DNA from: Gammaproteobacteria bacterium
GTDB lineage: Bacteria; Pseudomonadota; Gammaproteobacteria; CBDBNL01; JAAOII01
Direction of reading: 5' to 3'
Assembly (NCBI GenBank): GCA_965209035.1
Contig: OZ242372.1
Coordinates: forward strand, 1,056,001 to 1,120,000
DNA: 64,000 nucleotides
In this document: positions 1 to 10,436 of the stretch, in pieces
Layout: each line of letters opens with the position of its first letter
How positions within the stretch are numbered: position 1 is the stretch's first letter
Program-made: the position numbers and the translations under genes
The notes under the pieces: generated by a model
What the model was told of the DNA's origin: nothing
The model's database searches: none
What the model saw: only the letters and a program-made list of their open reading frames with translations

Positions 1-3000
1 GCTTTTTCCAAGTCAACGGATACGGCGCGCGAGATGCCCGGTTCGGACATGGTAATGCCGAGCAACTGACGACAAGACTCCATCGTCAGTTTGTTATGGG
101 TGATCAGAATAAACTGGGTGTCGCTGATCATCTCGTTGAGCATGCGGTTAAAACGCATCACATTCTCGTCGTCCAACATCGCATCCGCTTCGTCCATCAG
201 GCAAAAAGGAGCCGGGTTGAGTTGAAAAATTGCGAGTATCAAAGCGATCGCTACCAAACTTTTTTCGCCGCCGGAAAGGAGACTGACGGATGTCCGTCTG
301 CGCCCGGGCGGGCTGACCATAATGCGAATGCCGGGGGTCTTGTGTTCGTCCTCGGTTTTTTCTTCGGCAAGGTGTGCCTTGCCGCCATCCGACAGCCCGG
401 CAAAAAGAATGCCAAAGTTTTTGTTGACTCTGCCCAGCGTATCCTCAAACCGGCGACGCGACTCCTTGTCAATGCGTTTAATCGCCCGTTCCAGGTCCTT
501 TAACGCGGCGTTAATTTGTTGTGTTTCCGTTTGGATTTTTTCCAGCCGCTCTTTCTCTGTCTCGTAATCTCTCAGTGCCAACTGATTCACATCCCCCATG
601 CGATCCAATTGCGATTGCAGCTGCTTTGTGCGGAACTTTAATTCCGTCAAGTTACCGCCGGGAGCCTGTTTTGATTTTGCCGCCAGGGCGGAACTTGTTA
701 ACCGCGTGTTTTGATCCATCAGGTCTGTCAGTTGCAGGTTCAGTTGTTTGCCAAGATCGCGCGCATCTTCCATATCCCGTTGCAGCAGCGCGGTCTCTCG
801 TTCCAGTTTGCTCAGCCGGTTTTGGGTAGCTTCTATTTTCTCGGTGATTTTTTCGCGCGCGGAACGCAGCGCGTTCAATCGTTCTTCCAATTCCGTCCGG
901 TCGCTCCGTTTTTTTTCGGTGTCGCTTTCAATGCGACCCGCCTCCGCCGTTTCGGCGGTCAGTTTCTCCGCCAAAGCGGCCGCGGCAACCTCCAGCCGCT
1001 CCATTCGCTGCGTCTCCTGTCGGATATTTTTTTGCAAAAAGTTAATGCGCTCCGTCTGCGAGAAAACACCCTGGCGCAATTTTGTTGCCTGTTCGGCTTC
1101 CGCATCCCGACGATGACGCCGGCTTGCCTGCCGCCGGTTCACGCTCTCGCGTTCTTCCGCCAGTGCATCCCGTCTCTTTGTCAGGCGTTCCTGTCGGCGG
1201 GACAACTCCCCGAGCTCGGCTTTGAGGCGACGCAAACGCTCTTTCAAATCGGTGCGCTCCTCCCGTTGCCTGTTCCGTTCTTCGCTCTCAAGACGCAACT
1301 GCTCCTCGCGCCGCGCCTCTTGCTGACGCAGGCGACCTCTCTTTTCCGTTAACTCGGCAAACAGACGCGTCTCTTTGTCCAACTCGGCGCGCAGTTCGCG
1401 TTGTTTCTGTTGCAGACGATCGCGTTCCGCACGCGTCGTCTCCGCTTCTTTTTTTTGCCGTTCGGACTGCCTGAGAATTCTGAGTCTTTTTGCCTTGAGA
1501 TCCCTCAGTTCTTTTTGTTCCGCCAAGAAGCCGCTTTCGCTGCGCGCGCGCTCCCCGCTGCCGGTAAGAACCGCCCAATTATTTCCCAACCAATCGCCGC
1601 GAGATGTCAGGACACTCTCGTAATCTTTGAGACGGGAACGCAGACCGATTGCCTGTTCCAAACTGTCGCAAGTATAGACATAACGCAACAAAGAAGGAAC
1701 GGTGCCGCGCTGCACCAAATCCGCCGCGGTCTGCCGTTCCTTTTTGGCAGCCGCCCGAGTTATCCCCCCGGCTGCCGCAACTTCAATTAATGCAAACGAA
1801 ACCGTCTCTTCTTCCTTAAAAAACGAACGCAATGTCTTATCCAAATCGTCCGTTTTGTAGGCATTCAACAGGCGACTCGCAACCAGATCCAACGCCCTTT
1901 CCCAGCCGGGACGCACTCTGACAGTGTCCGTCCCTTTCAAAAAGAGCGCGTGCCGGGGTGCCGACGGTACGGAGACATGTAGTCCGCCGGACGATTTTCC
2001 CCCCGCACGCGCATGCAATCGTGCCGCCAGTGCTTTTGTTGCGGCTTCAATTCCCGCGAGTTCGCGCGCGCCTTTCTCGCTCTCGGCGCGCACGGCTTCG
2101 TATGTCCGGCCGGCAACGACCAGACGTTCTTCCAGCCCGGCCAGGGCTTCCCGGATTTCCGCGGTCCGTCTTCCCGCAGCGGTCAGTTGCTTTTCCGCCA
2201 GCTCCGTTTCCGTTTTTTGTTCGGCGACAATGACTCGTTTGGGAGCATCATCCAATCGTTGCAACCTTGCCGTCATTTCTTCCTGTTCGCGCCGGCATCT
2301 TGCCCGCTCGGTTTCGGCGCGCACCGTGTCGCCCGCCACCTCTTCCCAAAGTTGGTTTAACTCACCCAGGCGTTCTTCGGCGCGGTTCTCTTCGGCGCGC
2401 AAATTGCTGCCGCCCGCTGCCGGTTTTACTCCCCGCTCCAATTCGGCGCGGAGCTTGTCTCTCTCCGCCAACGCTGTCTCCAGTTCCTTTTTTTCCGTTT
2501 CAATGTTCGCCCGCAATTTTTGGGCTTCCTCGCGCAGGTCTTTGGATTCTTTGTCGCGCTCGGGCAGTTGCCCCCGGAGAATTTCCAACCGACTCTCACC
2601 GCTGCCGACATTGTGTGTCATCTCATTAAAGGATTGCGTCCATTCCGTTATGGTCGCATCCGTCTGCCGCAGTTCCAGTTGCAATTTTTGTTTTTCGCCC
2701 AACAACTGCGCCTGCTCGTCTTTGCGGGCGTTTATTTTTTGTAATGCTCGCTCTTCTTCGGCTTCCTTGCTTTGCCGTTTTGCGGTCAAATCCGCATACC
2801 TTGCCACCGTCAGCATCTCGCGGGCTTCCTTCAATTGGTCGCGCAATGCCGACACCCTTTTGGCATCTTCGGCTTGCTTTTGCAATTCTCGCATCCGGCG
2901 CTCGCTGTCCTGTTTGACCAGGGTTGCCTGTTTCAGATTCACCCGGGTTGTTTTAATCCGCGTCAGTGTCTCCTTGCGTTTTTGCAAGTAGTGCGTAATA

Positions 3001-3509
3001 TCGGCCGCCTCTTCCAACAAAGAACGAATATGTTCCGGCTTGCTTTCGGCAATGTTATGCACAGAACCTTGGGTGACAATTGCATAATCCGCTTTGCCGG
3101 TCAATCCCATACCGGCAAAAAGACCGGCGATATCCATTCGCCGACACGCCGTATTGTCTATGTAGTATTTGGAATCCCGCTCGCGTTCCAGAGTGCGGCG
3201 AATCCGAATGCTCTTTTGTTTCGCATGCTTTGCCCCCAACTGTTTCAGATCGCCGGCAAACACCATCTCCACCGAAGCGCGACCGGCCGGCGGCTCGTTC
3301 TCCGAGCCGTTAAAAATAACATCACCCAAAGAATCGCCGCGCAGCCCGCTTGCCGAACTCTCGCCCAGTACCCACCGAATGGCATCTATGATGTTGGACT
3401 TGCCGCAGCCGTTCGGACCCACCAAGCCGACCCGATCGGACGGAAAATTCAACGCAATCGGACGAGAGAAGGACTTAAACCCGGCAAGTTTGACAGACTG
3501 TAATCGCAC
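1..3509 (-). CDS. smc: Chromosome segregation protein SMC (3' end runs off the window)
   Basis: Translated by hand; absent from the ORF track because there is no stop in the window. GTG start, RLQSVKLAGFKSF, Walker A GPNGCGKSN, long coiled coils, C-terminal LDDENV..QFILITHNKLTME..GITMSEPGIS. Confidence 0.95.
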   Translation of the reverse strand, partial: MRLQSVKLAGFKSFSRPIALNFPSDRVGLVGPNGCGKSNIIDAIRWVLGESSASGLRGDSLGDVIFNGSENEPPAGRASVEMVFAGDLKQLGAKHAKQKSIRIRRTLERERDSKYYIDNTACRRMDIAGLFAGMGLTGKADYAIVTQGSVHNIAESKPEHIRSLLEEAADITHYLQKRKETLTRIKTTRVNLKQATLVKQDSERRMRELQKQAEDAKRVSALRDQLKEAREMLTVARYADLTAKRQSKEAEEERALQKINARKDEQAQLLGEKQKLQLELRQTDATITEWTQSFNEMTHNVGSGESRLEILRGQLPERDKESKDLREEAQKLRANIETEKKELETALAERDKLRAELERGVKPAAGGSNLRAEENRAEERLGELNQLWEEVAGDTVRAETERARCRREQEEMTARLQRLDDAPKRVIVAEQKTETELAEKQLTAAGRRTAEIREALAGLEERLVVAGRTYEAVRAESEKGARELAGIEAATKALAARLHARAGGKSSGGLHVSVPSAPRHALFLKGTDTVRVRPGWERALDLVASRLLNAYKTDDLDKTLRSFFKEEETVSFALIEVAAAGGITRAAAKKERQTAADLVQRGTVPSLLRYVYTCDSLEQAIGLRSRLKDYESVLTSRGDWLGNNWAVLTGSGERARSESGFLAEQKELRDLKAKRLRILRQSERQKKEAETTRAERDRLQQKQRELRAELDKETRLFAELTEKRGRLRQQEARREEQLRLESEERNRQREERTDLKERLRRLKAELGELSRRQERLTKRRDALAEERESVNRRQASRRHRRDAEAEQATKLRQGVFSQTERINFLQKNIRQETQRMERLEVAAAALAEKLTAETAEAGRIESDTEKKRSDRTELEERLNALRSAREKITEKIEATQNRLSKLERETALLQRDMEDARDLGKQLNLQLTDLMDQNTRLTSSALAAKSKQAPGGNLTELKFRTKQLQSQLDRMGDVNQLALRDYETEKERLEKIQTETQQINAALKDLERAIKRIDKESRRRFEDTLGRVNKNFGILFAGLSDGGKAHLAEEKTEDEHKTPGIRIMVSPPGRRRTSVSLLSGGEKSLVAIALILAIFQLNPAPFCLMDEADAMLDDENVMRFNRMLNEMISDTQFILITHNKLTMESCRQLLGITMSEPGISRAVSVDLEK

Positions 3510-3512
3510 GCC

Positions 3513-4187
3513 TCAGACCTCTTTTGTCGCCCGCACGGGTTGCGCCGGTTGCGCCGGTTGCATCAATTGACTGTGGATTTCGCCTGTTCTGTCCCGCAGT
3601 TGTTCGCGACTGCCGTTGTTATCCAAAACAAAATCCGCACGACGACGCCTTTCCGCTTCGGGCATCTGGAAATCCAAAATCTTTTCCGTCAATTCCTGTG
3701 TCATCCCGTCTCTTTGCATGGCACGCCGCATGCGCGTGTCTCTTTTTGTTTCCATGACAATGATCTTGTCGCAAAAATCCGCTTGGCGTGTCTCCAAAAG
3801 AATCGGCGACACCAAAAGAATGTAAGGCGGGTGTTGTTTGGCGGCCCGTTCAATGCCAAGCCGCAGCTCCGCTTCAATCAAAGGATGCAGGAATGCTTCG
3901 AGTTTTTGTTTGGCCGCCGAGTCCGAAAAAATGTGTTCGCGCAGGGCCCGCCTGTCGGGGGAACCGTCCGGACGGACAAAGCCCTTGCCAAAAAGACTCG
4001 CGAGAGCGGCCGCACCGGGTGTGCCGGGCGCGGTCAGGGCGCGACTCACCCTATCCGCATCTATCACGGCAACGCCGTGTTCGGCAAAGTAAGAGGCCGC
4101 CAGATCCTTCCCGCAGGCAATTCCGCCGGTGAGACCGAAAACAGGCGGGCGTTCTTCGGCCGCATGATCCTCCGTTGTGTGTCGCAT
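3513..4187 (-). CDS. coaE: Dephospho-CoA kinase
   Basis: GLTGGIACGK P-loop, VIDAD, LEAFLHPLI, ADFVLDNNG; typical position after pilD; start placed at internal ATG 4187. Confidence 0.93.
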   Translation of the reverse strand: MRHTTEDHAAEERPPVFGLTGGIACGKDLAASYFAEHGVAVIDADRVSRALTAPGTPGAAALASLFGKGFVRPDGSPDRRALREHIFSDSAAKQKLEAFLHPLIEAELRLGIERAAKQHPPYILLVSPILLETRQADFCDKIIVMETKRDTRMRRAMQRDGMTQELTEKILDFQMPEAERRRRADFVLDNNGSREQLRDRTGEIHSQLMQPAQPAQPVRATKEV

Positions 4188-4243
4188 ATCTTTGCTTCCT
4201 TTCTCCTGCCTCTGCGCTTTCGCCGGCGCTTTCACCTTCGCTT

Positions 4244-5125
4244 TCACAGGGCAATAAAATTCCACCCGTTCCAAAATGTCGCATTTACAAACGGGTAGAT
4301 CGCGCCGGCAAACGCAAGATGCGGCCCCCAAGGCAAGGAGCGAATCCGGGAACGCTTAAACAGAAAAAGCAACCCTGCGAGAAAACAACCGCTCAAAGAA
4401 GCTGTCAACACGATGGGCAGGAGTGCCTGCCAACCAAAATAGGCGGCCAAAGCGGCAAATAATTTCATATCGCCTCCGCCCAAACCTTCTTGCTTGCGCA
4501 ATAACCTATAGCACCAATTGACCGCCGCCAAAAACAAATAACCGCCGGTCGCTCCCCAGACAGCCGACTGCAACGGCACCCAAACGCCAAAACTGTTCAC
4601 CAGCAGGCCAAGCCAAAGAAGTGTCAGCGTGATCCGATCCGGCAGCAGACCGTGCCGCCAATCTATGACCGCCAAGGCAAACAGCCCCCACAGCAACGGC
4701 AGCAGCGTCGCCGTCTGCGCGGTCGCACCCCAAACCGCCCCGCAAACCAACGCAAGAAAAAGACATACAATCTCGGTTAGCGGATACAGGGTTGCAATCG
4801 GTTCGCGACAGGACGCGCATCGCCCGCCCGCAAGGAGATAGCCCAGCAACGGGATGTTGTGTTTGAAGGGGATTCGGTTCTTACAATGCGGGCAGTGCGA
4901 AGCGGGCAATGTCAACGAAAGATCCGCCGCCCCCGGCGCAATGAACTGCACCATTAGCGGAAGGCGGTAAATGAGCGTGGTGCAGAAACTTCCCGCAAGA
5001 AGTCCCGCAAGAGTGAGTTGCCCGAACAAAAACCAAGGAAGTTGTGAGACAGCCGCATAAGTTTTAAGAGTTTCCGGGATGCCAAGAACTTCAAGGACTT
5101 CAAAGATGTCAAACAAACTATGCAC
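4244..5125 (-). CDS. pilD: Prepilin peptidase/N-methyltransferase (A24)
   Basis: SHCPHC..NIPLLGY..GRCASC zinc motifs, IDWRHGLLPD, GLGGGDMKL, PWGPHL; multiple TM helices. Confidence 0.93.
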   Translation of the reverse strand: MHSLFDIFEVLEVLGIPETLKTYAAVSQLPWFLFGQLTLAGLLAGSFCTTLIYRLPLMVQFIAPGAADLSLTLPASHCPHCKNRIPFKHNIPLLGYLLAGGRCASCREPIATLYPLTEIVCLFLALVCGAVWGATAQTATLLPLLWGLFALAVIDWRHGLLPDRITLTLLWLGLLVNSFGVWVPLQSAVWGATGGYLFLAAVNWCYRLLRKQEGLGGGDMKLFAALAAYFGWQALLPIVLTASLSGCFLAGLLFLFKRSRIRSLPWGPHLAFAGAIYPFVNATFWNGWNFIAL

Positions 5126-5136
5126 GCCGTCGGGTG

Positions 5137-6015
5137 TTACAGAAGGTTGCGCATCTTACCGGCATATTGAATCGCATTGGCATACTTGCCGGGGTCGCCG
5201 CAATCAAAATGTGGCTCCTTGACCTTGTAGGCAAGAATGCGCTCGTTGCGATTTTGTTCTATCAAGGCATCCGTCAGTTGAATTTCGCCGCCGGCACCCA
5301 CTTTCAATTTTTTCAGATAATCAAAAATTGTCGGCACTAGGATATATCTGCCGATAATCGCCAGGTTACTCGGAGCCTTGCCGGCATCCGGTTTTTCCAC
5401 CAAAGAGCGCACATCCATCAAATCCTCGTCAATCGCCTCACCGTCTATAATGCCATACTTGGAAATGTCTTCCGCAGGCACCTCCGCCGTCGCCAGAATG
5501 GTGCATCTGTGCTTTTCGTAGAGTTTGACCATTTCCGCCAAGACGCGAACCTCGTTCCGCTTGCCGGGATTTGCCGACACCGGGCCGTCGCCAAAAAACA
5601 GGTCGTCCGCCAAACAGACGGCAAACGCATGGCTTTCCACATAATGCCGGGCGGTCAAAATCGCATGGCCCAGCCCATTAATTTCGCCCTGGCGAATATA
5701 AGAGAAGATGCAGTTTTGCAGCAGGTTGCGAATCTCGTTCAACCGCCACTCCACCTTGCCTCCTTTAATATGGTTTTCCAATTCCACATTAATGTCAAAG
5801 TAATTGACTATCGATTCTTTGTTTCTGCCGACAATAAACATCATATCCCGGATACCCGCCGTATAGGCCTCTTCCACGCCGTAATGAATTAATGGCTTGT
5901 CAATGATCGGCAGCATTTCCTTCGGACTGGATTTTGTCACAGGCAAAAAACGCGTTCCGTAGCCGGCGGCCGGGAACAGGCATTTGAAGATCCCACTGTC
6001 TTGTTTTTTATTCAT
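5137..6015 (-). CDS. galU: UTP-glucose-1-phosphate uridylyltransferase
   Basis: PAAGYGTRFLPVTKSSPKEMLPIIDKP, GLGHA, LVEKP, GEIQLTDA, FDCG. Confidence 0.95.
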   Translation of the reverse strand: MNKKQDSGIFKCLFPAAGYGTRFLPVTKSSPKEMLPIIDKPLIHYGVEEAYTAGIRDMMFIVGRNKESIVNYFDINVELENHIKGGKVEWRLNEIRNLLQNCIFSYIRQGEINGLGHAILTARHYVESHAFAVCLADDLFFGDGPVSANPGKRNEVRVLAEMVKLYEKHRCTILATAEVPAEDISKYGIIDGEAIDEDLMDVRSLVEKPDAGKAPSNLAIIGRYILVPTIFDYLKKLKVGAGGEIQLTDALIEQNRNERILAYKVKEPHFDCGDPGKYANAIQYAGKMRNLL

Positions 6016-7016
6016 TTTGTGTTGTCTCTCATTATTTTAGTCAATTTATTTTTTCCAAAACCCGAAGGAAGCGGCGCAACGAATGTCCGTTTCGGCAAAT
6101 CCAAGGCGGGCGGTAGTTTAATTTTATGGCAATGCAAGGCAAAGAAATTCCCGCGTGCCTTAAAATCAAAATCAAAATCCGAATCGGCAACAAAAGTGTA
6201 CTTGTGATCGCCGATAATCGGATAGCCGGCGAACGCGCACTGGCTGCGGATTTGATGCGTTCTGCCGGTCCGCAGTTCGGCTTCCAACAGCGAAAAATTG
6301 TCGCCCGTTGCCAACAGTCGGAAGTGCGTGATTGCCTGTTTGCCGCCTTGCTCGGCTGCCATCGGTCGGACAATATGCTCGCCGCCCGTCCGCGTCTTGC
6401 CGACAGTGCCGGTCAACACACTCAGATGCGGCGGCCAGTTACCGCACACCGCCAAACGATAGATTTTTTGACAATCCGCATCATGCCAGCGGGCTTGCAC
6501 GCTCTTTTTGAGATCCGCCCCTTGGACCGCCAACAGGCAACCCGTCGTTTCTTTGTCCAGTCGGTAAACCAGATGCCAGTTGCCCTCATCCCCGACCGGC
6601 GGGTAAAGATGATTTAACGCCTCGATGATACCGGCATGCTCGCCGGTACCGCCGTGCACACTTTTGCCGGCCGGCTTGTTCAATGCAATCAGCCGCTCAG
6701 CGCGATAAAAAATGGCACGCTCGGTGGCGGCACACAGCTCGGCGGAAGGGGCTCGTTTTTTATCGTTTATTCCCCGGGCGACGCGCACAGGCGGGACACG
6801 CACCCTGTCGCCGGCGGCAATGCGGTAATCCTGTTTGGCGCGCCGACTGTTGACACGCACTTGCCCTGCGCGAATCAACTTATACATGTGCGAACGCGGA
6901 ACACCCTTGACAAAAGACAACAGGAAGTTGTCCAGCCGCCTGCCCGCGTGTTCGGCGGTTGCGGTCAGGTAGGTTACTGTTACTTTATCTTGCGGCATGC
7001 TGTTATTTTTACTCAT
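6012..7016 (-). CDS. rluC: RluA-family pseudouridine synthase with S4 domain (RluC-like)
   Basis: RRLDNFL..KGVPRS S4 domain, LNKPAG, RLDKETTG, TGRTHQIR, PIIGDHKY. Confidence 0.85.
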   Translation of the reverse strand: MSKNNSMPQDKVTVTYLTATAEHAGRRLDNFLLSFVKGVPRSHMYKLIRAGQVRVNSRRAKQDYRIAAGDRVRVPPVRVARGINDKKRAPSAELCAATERAIFYRAERLIALNKPAGKSVHGGTGEHAGIIEALNHLYPPVGDEGNWHLVYRLDKETTGCLLAVQGADLKKSVQARWHDADCQKIYRLAVCGNWPPHLSVLTGTVGKTRTGGEHIVRPMAAEQGGKQAITHFRLLATGDNFSLLEAELRTGRTHQIRSQCAFAGYPIIGDHKYTFVADSDFDFDFKARGNFFALHCHKIKLPPALDLPKRTFVAPLPSGFGKNKLTKIMRDNTK

Positions 7017-7157
7017 CTTCTTTTATCCCCGCTATTCGTTAATGAATGAATGAATAAATGACTAATGCGCCTCAAAAAAATGCGAGAGCATCGATAGCAT
7101 GGAAAGCATGGAAAGCATCGAGAACATAAAGTGCTAAAATAAATCGTGTCCGTTACT

Positions 7158-7385
7158 ATGCAAAAAATTCCGCGCAAATACACCCCTCTGCTATTCGCTC
7201 TGTTCATGGCACTCGTGATGGGGTTTGTGATGTCGTTCTTTATGACCGCGGTTAATGTCGGACTGACCGCGGGCTTTGTTCTTGCCTGGATGCGCGCTTT
7301 CGGCGTCGGCTGCATCATCGGCATTCCCATCGCCCTGGTCGTGGGGCCGCTTGTCAACCGATTGGTGCGCGGCATCACTTCCTGA
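7158..7385 (+). CDS. Small membrane protein, DUF2798-like
   Basis: Two hydrophobic segments; FALFMALVM..MS / W..AF / P..LVV.P pattern. Confidence 0.7.
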   Translation: MQKIPRKYTPLLFALFMALVMGFVMSFFMTAVNVGLTAGFVLAWMRAFGVGCIIGIPIALVVGPLVNRLVRGITS

Positions 7386-7416
7386 CGCGTCTCCTGCCAT
7401 AATCGCAAGAATTGTA

Positions 7417-7833
7417 TTGGCTGACTTCCTCCGCAATCTTCTTCTGGTCGCAGCCGGCGGCGCTCTCGGCAGTGCGGCACGCTATTTGTGTCTCCTCGCC
7501 GGGGCACAACTCGGCTGGTCGGCCGCATGGTCTGTGGCGGTCATTAATTTGGGAGGATCCTTTGCCCTAGGGTCTCTTGTCCCTCTTGTCTCTCTCGTCG
7601 GCTACGCACCCAAGTTGTTGTCGCCGGGAGGCTCACAGGGTGTCTGGCTGTTTCTTGCCGTGGGGGTTCTCGGCGGCTATACCACATTTAGTGCCTTCAG
7701 TCTCAATCTGATGGAAACGCTGCAACGCGGTGAGACCCTTCAAGTGCTGTTCAATATCGTCGGCTCGGTAATCGGCGGCATGCTCTGCGCCTTTCTCGGT
7801 TTTTACCTGACGAGCGGCCTGCTCAAAGTTTGA
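7417..7833 (+). CDS. crcB: Fluoride efflux channel Fluc/CrcB
   Basis: GGALGSAARY, INLGGSFALG, GVLGGYTTFSAF; TTG start at 7417 inferred. Confidence 0.9.
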   Translation: MADFLRNLLLVAAGGALGSAARYLCLLAGAQLGWSAAWSVAVINLGGSFALGSLVPLVSLVGYAPKLLSPGGSQGVWLFLAVGVLGGYTTFSAFSLNLMETLQRGETLQVLFNIVGSVIGGMLCAFLGFYLTSGLLKV

Positions 7834-7861
7834 GCCAATTTTTGGGCTGCGTCCAACCCGC

Positions 7862-8047
7862 TTATCGGTCTGTCAGGATGTACGTGTTGACATCCATGTA
7901 TCGGTTGATCTCCGCAGGATCTGTGTTAGTCAAAAGGGTTGCCCCCCAAAATAACACCATCACCAACAGAAAGAACAAGGCATAAAAATATCTGCCGAAC
8001 GGAGTGCGGTTGGTCCGGGTTTTCTTTGTCATCCTGCTCTTTGTCAT
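7862..8047 (-). CDS. Small hypothetical protein with one TM helix
   Basis: Basic N-terminus followed by a hydrophobic stretch; short ORF with no recognised motif. Confidence 0.4.
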   Translation of the reverse strand: MTKSRMTKKTRTNRTPFGRYFYALFFLLVMVLFWGATLLTNTDPAEINRYMDVNTYILTDR

Positions 8048-8087
8048 CCTGTTATTTTAATACAAGTCGGTTTATTTCGCAACAGAG

Positions 8088-8190
8088 GGCATGATCCCAC
8101 CCGGTTCCGGACCTCCGGTGTTTTTGTCCGAATTGAAATGACGAGAGTTGTTTGTGTTTGCGGGCATGGGAGACTTTCAAAGATGATGCC
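8088..8190 (-). mobile_element. MITE-like relic of the IS481-like element
   Basis: Degenerate left end (GGCATCATCTTTGAAAG) and right end (CAAACAACTCTCG..GGGTGGGATCATGC) align to the termini of the full IS copies. Confidence 0.6.
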
Positions 8191-8223
8191 AAAAAAAGTT
8201 CAACTGCCACACTCACAGAAGCG

Positions 8224-8459
8224 GATATTCTCGCTCGCAATCGTCGCTTGCCGGGCAGCGGCATCTTAAAAAAAGACAACCGAACGGGGCAAAAAAAGAG
8301 GGCTTACATTTTTATTAATCAATTACACTTAACTTTTTAGTAGCAGATATTCCGGCTCGCAATCGTCGCTTGCCGGGCAGCGGCATCTTAAAAAAAGACA
8401 ACCGAACGGGGAATAAGGGCTTACATTTTTATTAATCAATTACACTTAACTTTTTAGTA
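8224..8459. repeat. Tandem direct duplication (~115-120 bp x2)
   Basis: GCTCGCAATCGTCGCTTGCCGGGCAGCGG..CACTTAACTTTTTAGTA present twice. Confidence 0.9.
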
Positions 8460-8603
8460 TTAGCCCAACCCCGTCCGGTTGTCCGCATAATCGTTTCAAT
8501 TTATTTTACGGGCTTGTCGGGCTTTATGCACAGACCAAGCCCCGATATTTCGTATTTCGAATATTTCGAATATTTCGAAGCCGTTTAGTGATTCGTGATT
8601 CGG

Positions 8604-10331
8604 TTATTCGGGGGGGCTGCCGAAACGACACTCATCATAAGGATAGCCCGCCGGGCAGGGCGGGATGCCCCGCAGGGTCGGCAAGGTCCCTTCATCGCCA
8701 AAGTCCCAGATGCTTGCATCCCAGTCGGCATAGGTGGTGGCGCCGTCACAGGTTGCGTCCGGGCCGGTCGGGCAGCGGAGTTGCGGCAGGGTGCGATAGT
8801 TTAAGTGGTCCGTGTCTGTGCGGGCATTGAAATAAGAAGAACGCACAGAAGTCGGTAAAGTGTTCACGGTGACGTTTGTCGCAAGTTCTGTAACGGAAAA
8901 ATAATTGCCTTCAAAAAATGCATAGGAGTTTTCCACAGGTGCCATAATTGGCCCAAAACCGCCTATATTGAGAGAGAGATTTGTTTGCATTAGCTGAGTC
9001 GTTGTAAGTATTATATCACCCCGGTAAATGACATAAGAATTATTAATCGATGATATCGCAGTGAATATGCTATCTCCAATTATGCCCCCCATTTGTAAAA
9101 TAGGATCAGAACTCTCTAAATTGTTCTTGATAGACACATTATTAGGGAGGACTACATAAACTCTTTCCACTGAGGTATTATCAGTGAGTCCAATCAAACC
9201 ACCAATTTTGATACTCGCCGCAGAAATTTCAAGAGAAATAACATCGGAAAAAATAAGATAAGAATTCATAATTTCAGTATTATTCGCCCTGCCACTCAGA
9301 CCGCCAAAATTTAGTCCCCCCATCTGCCCCACGTCGAAATTTTTGATCACCAACCCCAGATTCTTAATAGTTGCCCCGTTCATTCCGGCAAAGAACCCGA
9401 TATGAGAACGATTCCCCAAAACACCCCCTTCGTTTGTTATGGTCACATTAGAGATTACATTCCCGTTGCCGTCAAAGTCCGCCGTGAACCGTTGATCATC
9501 GGCATCCCCGCCGATAGGAATCCAATCCATCCCCGCCAGCGAGATATTCGCCGTGAGTTCGTAGCCGATGCAGCCCGAGCTGTCAGGACAGCCCACGGAG
9601 TTCGCCTCTTCGCCGGCAGCCGGCCTATAGCCCGTGCCTGCCAGGTTATGGCGGGTGTTGTTCAATTCTGCAGCCGTGCGAATTTCTATCAAGCCATCGC
9701 CATCGTCATCCACATCACAGGCATCCCCCAGCGGATCTGCGCCTTCATCCTGTTCATCCTGATTAGATTGGTCGGAATTCGCGATCGTCGGGCAGTTGTC
9801 ATGGGCATCCAATATTATGTCATTGTCCCGATTGGGGCCCGGCACACGACCGGGCAGCCTCTCCGTAGCGGAATCTCCATTCGCAACCAACACCGTCACA
9901 GAGATCGTATAAACATGATTGTCAAGCACATCATTGATCCGATAAGTGGCATCGATACCCGCACCGGTTTCGTCTTCCTTCATACCGGAAACCGCGGCAT
10001 CTGTCACCGCACCGCCACTGGCATCGCGCGTCCGTTGCCAAGTAATGTCAAACCGCGCAATATCGTTGATCTGTGGATTGGTCCAACTGACCTGCAAGCT
10101 GCCCGAGTTGGGAATGACGGTTAGTTCTGTCACAGGCGAGACATCGAACGGCGCAATTCCACCCCCGCCGCCGGATGTTCCGCCGCATGCGGGAAGGAAT
10201 AGGAATAGAAATAATAGGAGTAGGCCCGCAAAGAAATGTCCGGCCGGAGTGAATGAACGCCCGCAGGCTATCGGCATAAGATGAGACTTCTTGGAAACCC
10301 CTTCCGGCCGGTGAGAAAAAATAGAATGCAT
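8604..10331 (-). CDS. Surface lipoprotein: Fn3 + TSP type-3-like Ca-binding repeat + GLUG-like beta-helical repeats
   Basis: Lipobox LPAC then Gly linker, VSWTNP Fn3, DNCPTIANSDQ..GDACDVDDDGDG, GYELTANI, GGLIG repeats, WDFG..LPTL; start uncertain. Confidence 0.75.
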   Translation of the reverse strand: MHSIFSHRPEGVSKKSHLMPIACGRSFTPAGHFFAGLLLLFLFLFLPACGGTSGGGGGIAPFDVSPVTELTVIPNSGSLQVSWTNPQINDIARFDITWQRTRDASGGAVTDAAVSGMKEDETGAGIDATYRINDVLDNHVYTISVTVLVANGDSATERLPGRVPGPNRDNDIILDAHDNCPTIANSDQSNQDEQDEGADPLGDACDVDDDGDGLIEIRTAAELNNTRHNLAGTGYRPAAGEEANSVGCPDSSGCIGYELTANISLAGMDWIPIGGDADDQRFTADFDGNGNVISNVTITNEGGVLGNRSHIGFFAGMNGATIKNLGLVIKNFDVGQMGGLNFGGLSGRANNTEIMNSYLIFSDVISLEISAASIKIGGLIGLTDNTSVERVYVVLPNNVSIKNNLESSDPILQMGGIIGDSIFTAISSINNSYVIYRGDIILTTTQLMQTNLSLNIGGFGPIMAPVENSYAFFEGNYFSVTELATNVTVNTLPTSVRSSYFNARTDTDHLNYRTLPQLRCPTGPDATCDGATTYADWDASIWDFGDEGTLPTLRGIPPCPAGYPYDECRFGSPPE

Positions 10332-10436
10332 GATGACAATGTTGTTGTAAATGTTTTCGTTTAAAAAATAATAATATAGGCGATAGGTCCGTTTAACCGG
10401 GTGGGAAACAAGAGCTGCCAATCCTTAACTTCGCTA

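Noticed and set aside
96-3570. Long plus-strand ORFs (e.g. 711-1352, 1924-2991, 2772-3503)
   Set aside because: Antisense shadows of smc.
7085-7127. 9-bp AGCATGGAA-type intergenic repeats
   Set aside because: Short degenerate microsatellite with no supportable function.
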